A stretch of DNA of 32,000 nucleotides from an uncultured Opitutales bacterium (GCA_934613415.1 CAKTSY010000001.1:480001-512000), one strand, 5' to 3'; counted from the first letter of the stretch, positions 23,411 through 32,000 are shown. Numbers and translations: made by a program. Notes: a model not told the origin generated them from the letters alone.

Positions 23411-23818
23411 ATGGCAGCTATACTTTTAGGAATATTTTCTTTCATAATGGTGCTTCTTTGCATATTCGTTGTATTTGTAATACTTATGCAAAGGCCCAAT
23501 GCAGACGCGGGTATGGGCGCAAGCCTCGGCGGCGGCGCGGCAGAATCGGCTTTCGGCGGCGAAACGTCGAATATCTTAACAAAAGTAACGGTTAAGTGCA
23601 TTGTTTGGTATTTCATTTTGGGTTTGTGCCTGTATTTGGGCTACATATACGCCTCCAGCACAACACCCACCCAAGTTAAAGCCCCCACGCTAGAGGCTGT
23701 AACGCAATCGCAGCCGGCAGTGCCTGCAATGCCAAAAACCGCTCCGGTAGAAAATAAAACCCCAGCAAAAAGCGCGGAACAGCCCAAAGCTCCCGCAAAA
23801 GAGGCGTCTAAAAAATAA
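23411..23818 (+). CDS. secG: Preprotein translocase subunit SecG with a Pro/Ala/Lys-rich C-terminal extension
   Basis: Typical SecG core: TM1, then LMQRPNADAGMGASLGGGAAESAFGG, then TM2. A ~55-aa low-complexity tail follows (TPTQVKAPT...KAPAKEASKK). Confidence 0.8.
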   Translation: MAAILLGIFSFIMVLLCIFVVFVILMQRPNADAGMGASLGGGAAESAFGGETSNILTKVTVKCIVWYFILGLCLYLGYIYASSTTPTQVKAPTLEAVTQSQPAVPAMPKTAPVENKTPAKSAEQPKAPAKEASKK

Positions 23819-23829
23819 AATCTTTTTAT

Positions 23830-24657
23830 ATGAAGTTTTTTCGACATCTTATGGGCGTCTTTTTGACGCTCATTTTTGTCTGCACACAAACGGTTGCGGC
23901 GCTGCCTTCGGCTTCGCTTAACCCAAAGGTGCAAAAAATTTCGGGCGAAAACGCATCTCAAAGGTGGGCAACATTTTCGCAGTCGGTTCAGGCAAAAACC
24001 TTTGTTTTCGATTTTAAACTTACGCACTTTCCCAGACAGGCCGAAGAGGTTGAATATTTCGGCACAATGTACGGCAAGGAAACTTCGGGCAAAACGCTTA
24101 TAAGGCTTACATTAAAGGGCGGCGGCAAAATGTGCGACTACCTTTTTATAAGGAAAAACGCCCGCGATATTTTTGCCTATAAATTCGAAAACAACTCTTT
24201 AAAAAAAATACCCGAAAGCGAATTAAACAGCCCCATAAAAAACGGGCTTATATATACCTACTTCGACATTCTTACCCCCTATAAATTTTGGGAAAGCGAG
24301 TATCTAGAACCCGTAAGAATAGGTCAGGCGGCATATCTATTTTTGGCAAAAAGCCCAAAAAAGAAAGTTTTGCCCGATGTTAAAATAGCATTAAGCCGAG
24401 AGTTTAACCACCCCGTTTTAACGCAGGTTTTAGACGAAAACGGAATGCCCCAGCGCAGCTTTACTCTTGGCTCGGTAAAGAAAATAGGAGACTATTGGAT
24501 TATGAAAAACGCCGAAATACGCGACGAAATTTCGCGCGACCGCGACAAGTTTTCGATAATAAGGGCGTCTTTAAACGAGAATATAGACGATAATATTTTT
24601 AAGCCCGAAAACTTGGGCAAACAAATAGACACAACATTTAATCTAAAAAAACTTTAA
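23830..24657 (+). CDS. Exported LolA-like / outer-membrane lipoprotein-sorting-like protein
   Basis: It has a signal peptide. Size and the C-terminal pattern (GDYWIMKNAEIRDEISRDRDKFSI) resemble LolA-like (RseB/LolA fold) family proteins. The call is made by eye only. Confidence 0.4.
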   Translation: MKFFRHLMGVFLTLIFVCTQTVAALPSASLNPKVQKISGENASQRWATFSQSVQAKTFVFDFKLTHFPRQAEEVEYFGTMYGKETSGKTLIRLTLKGGGKMCDYLFIRKNARDIFAYKFENNSLKKIPESELNSPIKNGLIYTYFDILTPYKFWESEYLEPVRIGQAAYLFLAKSPKKKVLPDVKIALSREFNHPVLTQVLDENGMPQRSFTLGSVKKIGDYWIMKNAEIRDEISRDRDKFSIIRASLNENIDDNIFKPENLGKQIDTTFNLKKL

Positions 24658-24664
24658 TCGCATT

Positions 24665-25777
24665 ATGACCGAATACGACAATTTGGCAAAGACCCTTTGC
24701 GGGCATTCTGTTAATCTAAAAAAGGGCGAAAACGTCCTTTTGGATATGTTCGAGACCCCGCCCGAAATGGTAAAGGCCCTTATAAAAGAGGTTCGCCGCC
24801 GCCGCGCAAACGTGTTTGTAAACTTAAACGACGAGCGAATAAACGCCGCGTTAAATGCAGGGGCTTCCGACGAAGAGCTAAAAGCGCGCAGCGCGTTTGA
24901 AATGTTCAGAATGAAGAATATGGACGCCTACATTGCAATAAGGGGCTCGAACAATATCTACGAAAGCTCGCTTATTAGCCCCAAGCAGATGTCTAAAGTG
25001 CAGTCGGCGCTAAAGGCGGTTTGCGACTGGCGCGTTTCGAAAACAAAATGGGTTGTGCTGCGCTGGCCTACCCCCGCAATGGCGCAACAGGCAAGAATGT
25101 CTACCGAGCAGTTTGCCGACTTTTATTTTAAGGTTTGCACATTCGACTATTCCAAGTTCGACAAGCCAATGTTGGCGTTGAAAAAACTTATGGAAAAAAC
25201 CGACAAGGTTAGAATTACCGGCAAGAATACCGATTTGACATTTTCCATAAAAAACATTCCCGCAATACCCTGCGGAGGGCAATATAACATACCCGACGGC
25301 GAAGTATATACCGCCCCCGTAAAAGACAGCGTAAACGGAACAATTTTTTACACCGCGCCTTCAATCTATCAGGGAACTTCGTTCGAAAACGTGTGCCTTA
25401 CGTTTAAAGACGGCAAGATAGTAAAGGCAACGTGCTCGGGCGACAACAAAAAGCTAAACTCGATTTTCTCGTGCGACGAAGGGGCATCTTATGTAGGCGA
25501 ATTTGCGTTGGGCGTTAACCCCTACATAAAAAAGCCCATGCTCGACATTCTTTTCGACGAAAAGATTTCGGGGTCGTTCCACTTTACCCCGGGGCAGGCC
25601 TACGAAGAGGCCGACAACGGCAACCGCTCGAAAATCCACTGGGATTTAGTTTGCATACAAACCCCCGAATATGGCGGCGGCGAAATATATTTCGACAACA
25701 AACTTATACGCAAAAACGGCCTTTTTGTTGAAAAGAGCCTTTTGGGCCTAAACCCCGATTCTTTGCTTAAAAAATAA
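24665..25777 (+). CDS. Peptidase M29 aminopeptidase (AmpS/PepS type)
   Basis: NIPDGEVYTAP, GEFALGVNP, LFDEKISGSFHFTPGQAY and NRSKIHWDLV match conserved M29 blocks. Confidence 0.8.
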   Translation: MTEYDNLAKTLCGHSVNLKKGENVLLDMFETPPEMVKALIKEVRRRRANVFVNLNDERINAALNAGASDEELKARSAFEMFRMKNMDAYIAIRGSNNIYESSLISPKQMSKVQSALKAVCDWRVSKTKWVVLRWPTPAMAQQARMSTEQFADFYFKVCTFDYSKFDKPMLALKKLMEKTDKVRITGKNTDLTFSIKNIPAIPCGGQYNIPDGEVYTAPVKDSVNGTIFYTAPSIYQGTSFENVCLTFKDGKIVKATCSGDNKKLNSIFSCDEGASYVGEFALGVNPYIKKPMLDILFDEKISGSFHFTPGQAYEEADNGNRSKIHWDLVCIQTPEYGGGEIYFDNKLIRKNGLFVEKSLLGLNPDSLLKK

Positions 25778-26724
25778 TGGACAAAACCGTTTACATACAC
25801 CCCGAAGACGCAGCTCCCGCGCGCGCCGACAAGGCGTTGGCGGAATATTTTAAAGCGCAAACTTCAAGAACAAAACTCGAAAAGCAATTCGACGAAAACA
25901 AAGTTCTGCTCGACGGCAAGCCCATTCCCAAAAAGTTTATTTTAAACCCAAACGACGAAGTTTTAGTAGAGCTTCCGCCTCCGCCTTCCACCGAAATAGA
26001 GGGGGTAGACATTCCGGTTGAAATCGTTTACGAAGACGAACACATTGTTGTTGTAAACAAGCCCCCCTATATGGTTGTGCACCCGGGCAGCGGCACGGGC
26101 AACGATACTCTTGTGCACGCAATGCAGTTCTACACAAAAGGCAACCTAAGCTATGCAGGCGGCGCAATGCGACCGGGAATTGTACACAGGCTCGACAAGG
26201 AAACTTCGGGCATTATGATTTTGGCTAAAACCGACGAAGCGTATTTTAGGCTTGTTGAAATGTTTTCGAACAGGCAGGTAAAAAAGGAATATTTGGCGAT
26301 AATTTCGGGCGTGCCAACAGTGCGCAGCGGAACAATAAAAAAGCCCATAGGCAGGCACCCTACGTTTAAAACCAAAATGTGCGTTTGCGATTTGGAGTCG
26401 GGAAGAGACGCACACACCGACTGGGTTGTAGAGCAAAGCTTCGGCAATATGGCCGCCCTTGTGCGCTGCCGCATACACACGGGGCGCACCCACCAAATTA
26501 GAGTGCATATGACCGATATGGGCTACCCCATTATGGGCGACTACACCTACTCTTTTCAAAAAAACAAATTTAAGGAGCTTACGCCCCCGAAAAGGGTTAT
26601 GCTGCACGCAAAAAAAATATCTTTCGACCACCCCGTAATAGAGGGCAAGCATTTAGAGCTTCAGGCAAAAGAACCTCAAGATTTTATTGATTTAATTAAT
26701 GAATTAAAGGAGTTGAACAAGTAA
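25777..26724 (+). CDS. rluD: RluA-family 23S rRNA pseudouridine synthase (RluD-like) with an N-terminal S4 domain
   Basis: S4-like N-terminus, VVNKPPYMVVHP, catalytic HRLDKETSGIMILAK, and GRTHQIRVHM. The start overlaps the previous stop (TAATG). Confidence 0.85.
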   Translation: MDKTVYIHPEDAAPARADKALAEYFKAQTSRTKLEKQFDENKVLLDGKPIPKKFILNPNDEVLVELPPPPSTEIEGVDIPVEIVYEDEHIVVVNKPPYMVVHPGSGTGNDTLVHAMQFYTKGNLSYAGGAMRPGIVHRLDKETSGIMILAKTDEAYFRLVEMFSNRQVKKEYLAIISGVPTVRSGTIKKPIGRHPTFKTKMCVCDLESGRDAHTDWVVEQSFGNMAALVRCRIHTGRTHQIRVHMTDMGYPIMGDYTYSFQKNKFKELTPPKRVMLHAKKISFDHPVIEGKHLELQAKEPQDFIDLINELKELNK

Positions 26725-28004
26725 TGAAAAAGAAAGAATACAAACTCGACACAATAGCCGTTCAGGCAGGCTACGAACCAAAAAACGGCGAACCGAGAGT
26801 TGCTCCCATTGCAATGAGCACAACATTTAAATACGACTCGGCACAAAGCCTTGCCGATTTGTTCGACCTAAAAGTTGCGGGGCACTTTTACACGCGCTTA
26901 AGCAACCCGACAACCGAAATTCTCGAAAAGAAAATGGCTGCCCTTGAAGGCGGCATTGGCGCGATTGCGTTTTCGAGCGGCCAGGCGGCGTCTACCGCCT
27001 TGGTAATGAACCTTTGCGAAGCGGGCGACCACATTGTAAGTACAGGCACCATATACGGCGGCACATTCAACCTTTTGGGGCATACAATGAAAAAGCTGGG
27101 CATAGAAGTTACGTTTGTAGACCATGAAGCCTCCGAAAAGGAAATCTTAAAAGCAATACGCCCCAACACAAAGCTTATATTCGGCGAAACATTGTCGAAC
27201 CCCAGCGTTAAGGTTTTGGATATAGAAAAATTTGCACGCATTGCAAAGAAAGCGGATTTGCCTTTGGCTATAGACAACACCTTCCCCACCCCGGCATTGT
27301 GCAGACCATTTGAATTCGGGGCAAACATCGTGCTGCACAGCCTCACAAAATATTCCGACGGGCACGCCTGCAGTATGGGCGGCATTATTGTAGACAAGGG
27401 CGACTACAACTTTGCCAACGGCAAATTTAAGGGGCTAAGCGAACCCGACGAATCGTACCACGGCTTGGTATACACAAAGGCATTCGGCAAATTCGCCTTC
27501 TTAACAAAGGCGCGCACCCACGTTTTAAGAGATACGGGGGCTGTTATGTCGCCTATGAACGCGTGGCTTACAAATATGAATTTGGAAACTTTGCCGCTTA
27601 GAATGGAAAAGCATTCGTCTAACGCACTGGCATTGGCAAGCTTTTTGGAAAAGCATAAGAAAGTTGCGTGGATAAACTACCCCGGGCTAAAAAGCTCGCC
27701 GTATAACGCAAGGGCAAAAAAATACCTAAACGGCAAATGCAGCGGCGTATTCACCTTCGGCATAAAGGGCGGCTTAAAGAAGGCCGTAAAGTTTATGGAT
27801 TCTCTAAAATTGGCGGCCCAAGTTATTCACGTTGCAGACGCCAGAACCTGTGTGCTGCACCCTGCAAGCACAACCCACAGGCAGCTTAGCGACGAAGAAA
27901 AAGCAAAAACGGGTATTTTGCCCGAATTGATAAGGGTTTCGGTTGGCATAGAAAACCCCGCCGACATAATCGCCGACTTTGAACAAGCTTTAAAGAAGTG
28001 CTAG
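26724..28004 (+). CDS. metY: O-acetylhomoserine (thiol)-lyase / aminocarboxypropyltransferase (PLP-dependent, Cys/Met metabolism family)
   Basis: TIAVQAGYEP, YTRLSNPT, DNTFPTP, PLP-lysine block HSLTKYSDGH, and SVGIENPADII. The start overlaps the rluD stop (TAATG). Confidence 0.85.
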   Translation: MKKKEYKLDTIAVQAGYEPKNGEPRVAPIAMSTTFKYDSAQSLADLFDLKVAGHFYTRLSNPTTEILEKKMAALEGGIGAIAFSSGQAASTALVMNLCEAGDHIVSTGTIYGGTFNLLGHTMKKLGIEVTFVDHEASEKEILKAIRPNTKLIFGETLSNPSVKVLDIEKFARIAKKADLPLAIDNTFPTPALCRPFEFGANIVLHSLTKYSDGHACSMGGIIVDKGDYNFANGKFKGLSEPDESYHGLVYTKAFGKFAFLTKARTHVLRDTGAVMSPMNAWLTNMNLETLPLRMEKHSSNALALASFLEKHKKVAWINYPGLKSSPYNARAKKYLNGKCSGVFTFGIKGGLKKAVKFMDSLKLAAQVIHVADARTCVLHPASTTHRQLSDEEKAKTGILPELIRVSVGIENPADIIADFEQALKKC

Positions 28005-28005
28005 T

Positions 28006-28605
28006 ATGTTTACGGGTTTGGTAGAAGGCACGGCAAAAGTTGCGGAATTTAGCGAGCAAAAAAACGCCTATTTGCTGCGTTTGGAAATTCCGCAAAATAT
28101 TGCCGAAGACTTAAAGATAGGCGACTCTTTGGCGTGCAACGGCTGCTGCCTTACGGTTGTAGCCAAAAACGGCAACATTGCCGATTTCGAGCTTTTGCAG
28201 GAAAGCCTAAGGCTTACGTCTTTCGAGTTCGTAAAAAAAGGCGACTTAGTTAACGTAGAACGCCCCTTGGCTGCAAACGCGCGATTGGGCGGGCACTTTG
28301 TTAGCGGGCATGTAGACACGCGCGGCAAAATAGAAGTTTTCGAACAAAGGGGCAAAAACTATTATTTAAAAGTTTCATTCCCCGAAAGCTTCGGCAAATG
28401 GGCTGTCTACAAAGGCTCCATTACAATAGACGGCATTTCGCTTACAATAGCCGAGGTTGAAAACAACACTCTTTCGGTTTGGATTATCCCGCACACATTG
28501 CAAGCGACAAACCTTTCGCAAAAAAATGCGGGCGACATTGTAAATCTCGAATTCGACATACTTGCAAAGTACGTCGAAAAAATCGCGATTTGCAACCGCC
28601 AATAA
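28006..28605 (+). CDS. ribE: Riboflavin synthase (alpha chain)
   Basis: MFTGLVEGTAKV start. The lumazine-binding repeats are duplicated (GDSLACNGCCLTV and GSITIDGISLTIAEV), with NLE.D near the C-terminus. Confidence 0.9.
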   Translation: MFTGLVEGTAKVAEFSEQKNAYLLRLEIPQNIAEDLKIGDSLACNGCCLTVVAKNGNIADFELLQESLRLTSFEFVKKGDLVNVERPLAANARLGGHFVSGHVDTRGKIEVFEQRGKNYYLKVSFPESFGKWAVYKGSITIDGISLTIAEVENNTLSVWIIPHTLQATNLSQKNAGDIVNLEFDILAKYVEKIAICNRQ

Positions 28606-28611
28606 TTTTGT

Positions 28612-29550
28612 ATGGCAGGCAAAAAACCAAAGTTTGCAATCTTGTTTATTTTATGGGTGGCGTTATCTGCCGCCCTGTTTTTTTGCGCGGTAAAATTTGG
28701 CGACAAAAACGAGGTGCAACGGCAAAACTTTGCCGCTAAAAATGCGCCAAGCGAAATAATAGTGGCAAGCTGGAATTTTGAAAACTATTCTTCGGCTTCG
28801 AGAATTATAGACGGAAAATTCTCTCCAAAATATCCGAAAACCGAAAGAGAAAAACGCCGCATTGTAGAAATTATATCGCAAACAAACCCCGATATTTTAT
28901 TTATACAGGAAATGGGCGCGGAAAATTTCGCCGAATTTTTAGAAAGGCTTAAAAGCGCAAATTTAAGCTATCCTTTTTGTGAAATATTGCAGACAAGCGA
29001 CGCTGCGCGCTGTTTGGCTGTAGTTTCGAAACTGCCGTTCGAAAAAACATTTAAATTCGACAACCTGCAATTTGCATATATGGGCAAGCCCGCAAAAAGC
29101 CCAAGGGGTATGCTTGGCGTAAAAGTTGGCAATTTTTATTTGTTTACCACACACTTAAAAAGTAGGCGCAACGGCAAAAACACCGACAAGCACTACAAAA
29201 TTTTCAGGAAGGCCGAAACCTCGCAAATGGCAAAAAAACTTGCCGCGTTTTCGGGGCAAAGGCTGCTTATTTGCGGCGACTTTAACAGCGAGCCGAACGA
29301 CGCGTGCATAGACGAGTTTAGAAACACCGCCTACCTTTCCGTTTTGCCGCAAGCCGACAAAGACGGCGAAAGCTACACTTTAACTTGGAAGCAAGGCAAA
29401 AAGCGCGCTATGTTCGACTTTTTTCTTGTAAGCGAAGCCGCCAAGCCATACGCACAAAAATGCGCCCTTGTATGCGATACAAAAGGCGCAAGCGACCACA
29501 GAATTATTGTATTAAAGCTTATATGCTACGACAATCCGAAGCGTCTTTAG
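28612..29550 (+). CDS. Membrane-anchored endonuclease/exonuclease/phosphatase (EEP) family protein
   Basis: N-terminal TM helix. EEP motifs are ASWNFEN, ILFIQEM, THLKS, ICGDFNSEPND and the terminal SDHRIIV. Confidence 0.75.
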   Translation: MAGKKPKFAILFILWVALSAALFFCAVKFGDKNEVQRQNFAAKNAPSEIIVASWNFENYSSASRIIDGKFSPKYPKTEREKRRIVEIISQTNPDILFIQEMGAENFAEFLERLKSANLSYPFCEILQTSDAARCLAVVSKLPFEKTFKFDNLQFAYMGKPAKSPRGMLGVKVGNFYLFTTHLKSRRNGKNTDKHYKIFRKAETSQMAKKLAAFSGQRLLICGDFNSEPNDACIDEFRNTAYLSVLPQADKDGESYTLTWKQGKKRAMFDFFLVSEAAKPYAQKCALVCDTKGASDHRIIVLKLICYDNPKRL

Positions 29551-29890
29551 TTTTATAACCGCTGTCCTGTCTTTTGTGGTTTATCGAGTTTTTCTTCGTA
29601 TACGCGTCAAAAAAGTCTTGCGCCGACATACCCAAAACCTGAGCAATAGAAACCAAAAAATGCAGAATGTCTACGGCTTCAACCCTGGCGTTTTGCGCAT
29701 CAAATTTCTGGTATTTTGCCCACCATTTCCAGGGAACCGAATCTATCAATTCTGCGCATTCCTGCTGCAGGGCGCGGCTATAGTTTAAAACCCACTTAAC
29801 GCGCTCTTCGTCGGTCATATTTGCAGTGTCTATGCCTATGCGCTTGTTAAGTTCGTACTGTTCTTTAAAGATTTCTTCCAGTTTATCCAT
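29519..29890 (-). CDS. Dimeric (all-alpha, dUTPase_2 / MazG-like) dUTP pyrophosphatase
   Basis: 123 aa. LQQECAELIDSVPWKWWAKYQ and EAVDILHFLVSIA correspond to the conserved metal-binding helices of dimeric dUTPases. It lies 15 nt downstream of dinG on the same strand. Confidence 0.7.
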   Translation of the reverse strand: MDKLEEIFKEQYELNKRIGIDTANMTDEERVKWVLNYSRALQQECAELIDSVPWKWWAKYQKFDAQNARVEAVDILHFLVSIAQVLGMSAQDFFDAYTKKNSINHKRQDSGYKTKDASDCRSI

Positions 29891-29905
29891 AGTAGCGTAT
29901 ATTCT

Positions 29906-31978
29906 TTATTGCGTTGGAGTTTTGTCAAAATCTAATTGCAAAAATGCGTCTTTTATTTTCGCGTCAAGAGTTTTCGAATTAAACTCGTCCCAATCTTTTG
30001 GGGCTATTGCCGATAAAAAGTTTTTGCCGTAGGGCTTGTTTAAAATTCTGGAATCTAAAACAACGGCAACGCCCTTGTTGCTTTCCGAGCGTATTAGCCT
30101 GCCAAAGCCCTGCCTAAATTTCATTACGGCCTCGGGCAACGAAAGTTTTTGAAAGGGGTTTTCGCCCAGGCTTTCAAGCATTTCGTATTTTGCGGCAGCC
30201 AGCGGGTGGTCGGGGTTAACAAAGGGCAGCTTAGTTATTACAAGCAAATTAAGGGCATTGCCTGCAATGTCTACGCCCGTCCAAAAAGCGTCGGTGCCAA
30301 GCAGCACTGCGTTTGACGAATTTTTAAAGTTTTGCAACGCCTCTTTAGGCGACATTTCGCCCTGCGCAAATATTGCCCTTTTCGGGAATTTTTCCCTTAA
30401 AATTTTAAGCGTTTTGTTAAGCTCGTAATAGCTTGTAAACAAAACAAGCGTGCCCCCGTATTTGTTCGCCGAAATCAAACGCCCAATGCTGTCCGCCAAA
30501 AATTCAGCGTCCATCTTTTTGTCGTCGCCCATATTCGGGGCGTCTTTACACAATAAAAGCCTGCAGTTTTTTTGGTAGTTAAAGGGCGACTTTTCTATTC
30601 CCTGTTGGGCAATTTCGCCGCCGACAGAATCGGCAAAGTCGTTTAAGTCTTGCCCGTTAAGCGAAAGCGTTGCCGATGTCATTACAACGCTTGTTCCCTT
30701 TGCAAAAAGCCTTTGCCTTAAAAGGCTCGCCACGCTTAAGGGTGCCGAACAAATTTTTGTGTAGTCTTTGTTCTTGCCCGAAGTTTCAAGCCAATAAACC
30801 TGCTTTGGCGTGCTTAAATAAAGGGCGTCTTCTAGCGACAATGCTATAGAAAATATCCTTTTTGCGCAGTCGTCTATATCGGCTTTTTGCGACTCGCTTG
30901 TTGCTTTCGACGCCAAAGAATCCAGCCTTTGTTTTAGCGATTTTAAATCTTCGCAAATATTCGAATTTAGCCACTCTTCGGCGGCAAGCCTTGCAATGTC
31001 TTTGCCCGTAAGGTACATAGCCGAAGCCTGCGCAAAAAATTCGGACACAGTCGAAATGCACTGCAAAACCGAGTCTATATCGTATTGCGTTGCATACTTT
31101 ATTTTTTTAAGCAGTCCTTTTTTGGTGCGCGGGTTGTAGATTCTTTTAAGTTCGCGCAAAATGCCGTAGTCGCTAAGTTCCATTCCGAAAATTTCCTCGG
31201 CAACCTTTGCAACCAAATGGGCTTCGTCGAAAACAAAAAAATCGTCGGCGGTAAGTATGCCCTTTGTGGAATTGTCGGCCGACTGGGCCGACGCCATAAG
31301 CGAAAACACAAGGCTGTGGTTTAGAATAACAACATCGGCTTTGTCGAACAGCTTTTTTGCGTTTTGATAGAAACAGTCGCAGCACTTGTTTGGCGTACAC
31401 AAACCGCTTTCGGCATTAACCCAGCTCCATACCTCCTCGTCGGGCGGGGGAACAAGCTCGTCTCTTAAGCCCGTTTTGGTTTTCAATGCCCAGCTTGCAA
31501 TGCGCTCTAGCTCAGATATTTCGCTTTGCATAAACAAGTCGCCCTTTTCTGCCAATGCCTTTTTTAGACGCGTAGAGCACAAATAGTTGCGCCTACCGTA
31601 AAGCACGGTGTACTTAAAGTCGGCGTATTCCGCCAACTCGGGGGTTTGGGCAAAAAACTTTTCTATAAATGGCAGGTCTTTTTTTACAATCTGCTCTTGC
31701 AACGCCATTGTGTGGGTAGAAACATAAAGCTTGCGGCCGTGCTTTTTTGCAAAAATTACGGCGTTTATCAAATACGCAAGCGTTTTGCCCACGCCCGTGC
31801 CCGCCTCGAACAAAAGGGGCGAATCGCTTTCAAAGCTTTGGGCGCAAAAATACGCCATATTCTCCTGCTGGCTGCGGTGGCACATAAAAGCCTCCTTTTC
31901 CAGCAGGCCCCCTTTGCAAAAAATGGATTCGCTCGTAGTGGGCAAATCCATTCTTTCCGATTGGCTCGGAGCTATCAT
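29906..31978 (-). CDS. dinG: ATP-dependent DNA helicase, DinG / XPD (Rad3) family with Fe-S cluster cysteines
   Basis: Walker A EAGTGVGKT and DEAH box VFDEAHL. Four or more Cys lie between them (YLCSTRL, GLCTPNKCCDC), as in Fe-S DinG/XPD. The C-terminal helicase_C_2 blocks are FTSY, LGTDAFWTGVD and QGFGRLIRS. Confidence 0.85.
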   Translation of the reverse strand: MIAPSQSERMDLPTTSESIFCKGGLLEKEAFMCHRSQQENMAYFCAQSFESDSPLLFEAGTGVGKTLAYLINAVIFAKKHGRKLYVSTHTMALQEQIVKKDLPFIEKFFAQTPELAEYADFKYTVLYGRRNYLCSTRLKKALAEKGDLFMQSEISELERIASWALKTKTGLRDELVPPPDEEVWSWVNAESGLCTPNKCCDCFYQNAKKLFDKADVVILNHSLVFSLMASAQSADNSTKGILTADDFFVFDEAHLVAKVAEEIFGMELSDYGILRELKRIYNPRTKKGLLKKIKYATQYDIDSVLQCISTVSEFFAQASAMYLTGKDIARLAAEEWLNSNICEDLKSLKQRLDSLASKATSESQKADIDDCAKRIFSIALSLEDALYLSTPKQVYWLETSGKNKDYTKICSAPLSVASLLRQRLFAKGTSVVMTSATLSLNGQDLNDFADSVGGEIAQQGIEKSPFNYQKNCRLLLCKDAPNMGDDKKMDAEFLADSIGRLISANKYGGTLVLFTSYYELNKTLKILREKFPKRAIFAQGEMSPKEALQNFKNSSNAVLLGTDAFWTGVDIAGNALNLLVITKLPFVNPDHPLAAAKYEMLESLGENPFQKLSLPEAVMKFRQGFGRLIRSESNKGVAVVLDSRILNKPYGKNFLSAIAPKDWDEFNSKTLDAKIKDAFLQLDFDKTPTQ

Positions 31979-32000
31979 AGCGTTTTTATATTATTCGCCT

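Noticed and set aside
26146-26652. 168-aa (and nested 112-aa) minus-strand ORFs inside rluD
   Set aside because: They are antisense to a well-supported pseudouridine synthase gene, and their translations have no recognisable features.
26888-27397. 169-aa minus-strand ORF inside metY
   Set aside because: It is antisense to a clearly conserved PLP enzyme gene and is a shadow frame.
26722-28008. Looked for SAM/Met riboswitch or T-box before metY and an FMN riboswitch before ribE
   Set aside because: The metY start overlaps the rluD stop (TAATG), and ribE starts 1 nt after the metY stop. There are no leader regions.
30009-30016. GCCGATAA, identical to the sigma-28 -10 consensus, on the plus strand
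   Set aside because: It lies inside dinG in antisense orientation. The nearest TAAA is about 25 nt upstream instead of about 15, and no plus-strand gene lies downstream. A second copy on the minus strand near 10145-10152 is inside sucD. Both are most likely chance matches.
1-32000. Mobile elements, CRISPR arrays, tRNA/rRNA genes, toxin-antitoxin pairs or known defence systems
   Set aside because: No transposase, integrase, recombinase, reverse transcriptase, Cas or restriction-type ORF was recognised. No regularly spaced repeats were seen, and no cloverleaf-capable segments were seen in the few intergenic regions. The glycan genes are not flanked by direct repeats. I therefore have no evidence for an island or a defence locus.

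Overview
This is a gene-dense chromosomal segment of about 29 CDS on both strands, from a Gram-negative-type bacterium. Supporting features are an LpxL-like acyltransferase, a LolA-like protein, SecG, a twin-arginine signal peptide, and Shine-Dalgarno sites before most genes. I saw no rRNA, tRNA, CRISPR array, transposase, integrase, phage gene or recognisable defence system. All product calls come from reading the translated ORFs for motifs by eye; nothing was searched against a database. Layout by region follows. (1) 1-4126: a squalene-synthesis module (hpnC, one ORF fusing HpnD-like and HpnE-like domains, an HpnG-like nucleosidase) packed tightly with mntP. (2) 4236-8193: three separately terminated secreted carbohydrate-active genes (beta-helix protein, CE15-like esterase, DUF1080). 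(3) 8585-13597: sucCD, a lone FliA/WhiG-type sigma factor, and DUF2062 overlapping a NamZ-like exo-muramidase. (4) 13.7-20.3 kb: a five-gene unit bounded by a promoter and terminators. It encodes an unrecognised secreted 599-aa protein, a clear GH88 unsaturated glucuronyl hydrolase, a short OYE-type FMN/Fe-S enzyme, an SDR and a Tat-exported Gfo/Idh/MocA oxidoreductase. (5) 20.4-23.4 kb: an LpxL-like acyltransferase fused to what looks like half of a GT9 glycosyltransferase, divergent from a possibly degenerate DUF255-like protein. (6) 23.4-29.5 kb: a tightly coupled housekeeping operon (secG, LolA-like, M29 aminopeptidase, rluD, metY, ribE, EEP nuclease/phosphatase) that converges on dimeric dUTPase and dinG. 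My best candidate for something undescribed is the 13.7-20.3 kb operon, which may hold a new lyase-like family and a non-KduI route for unsaturated uronates. That idea rests on gene context only. The two domain fusions (HpnD-HpnE and LpxL-GT9 half) are the other items worth checking.
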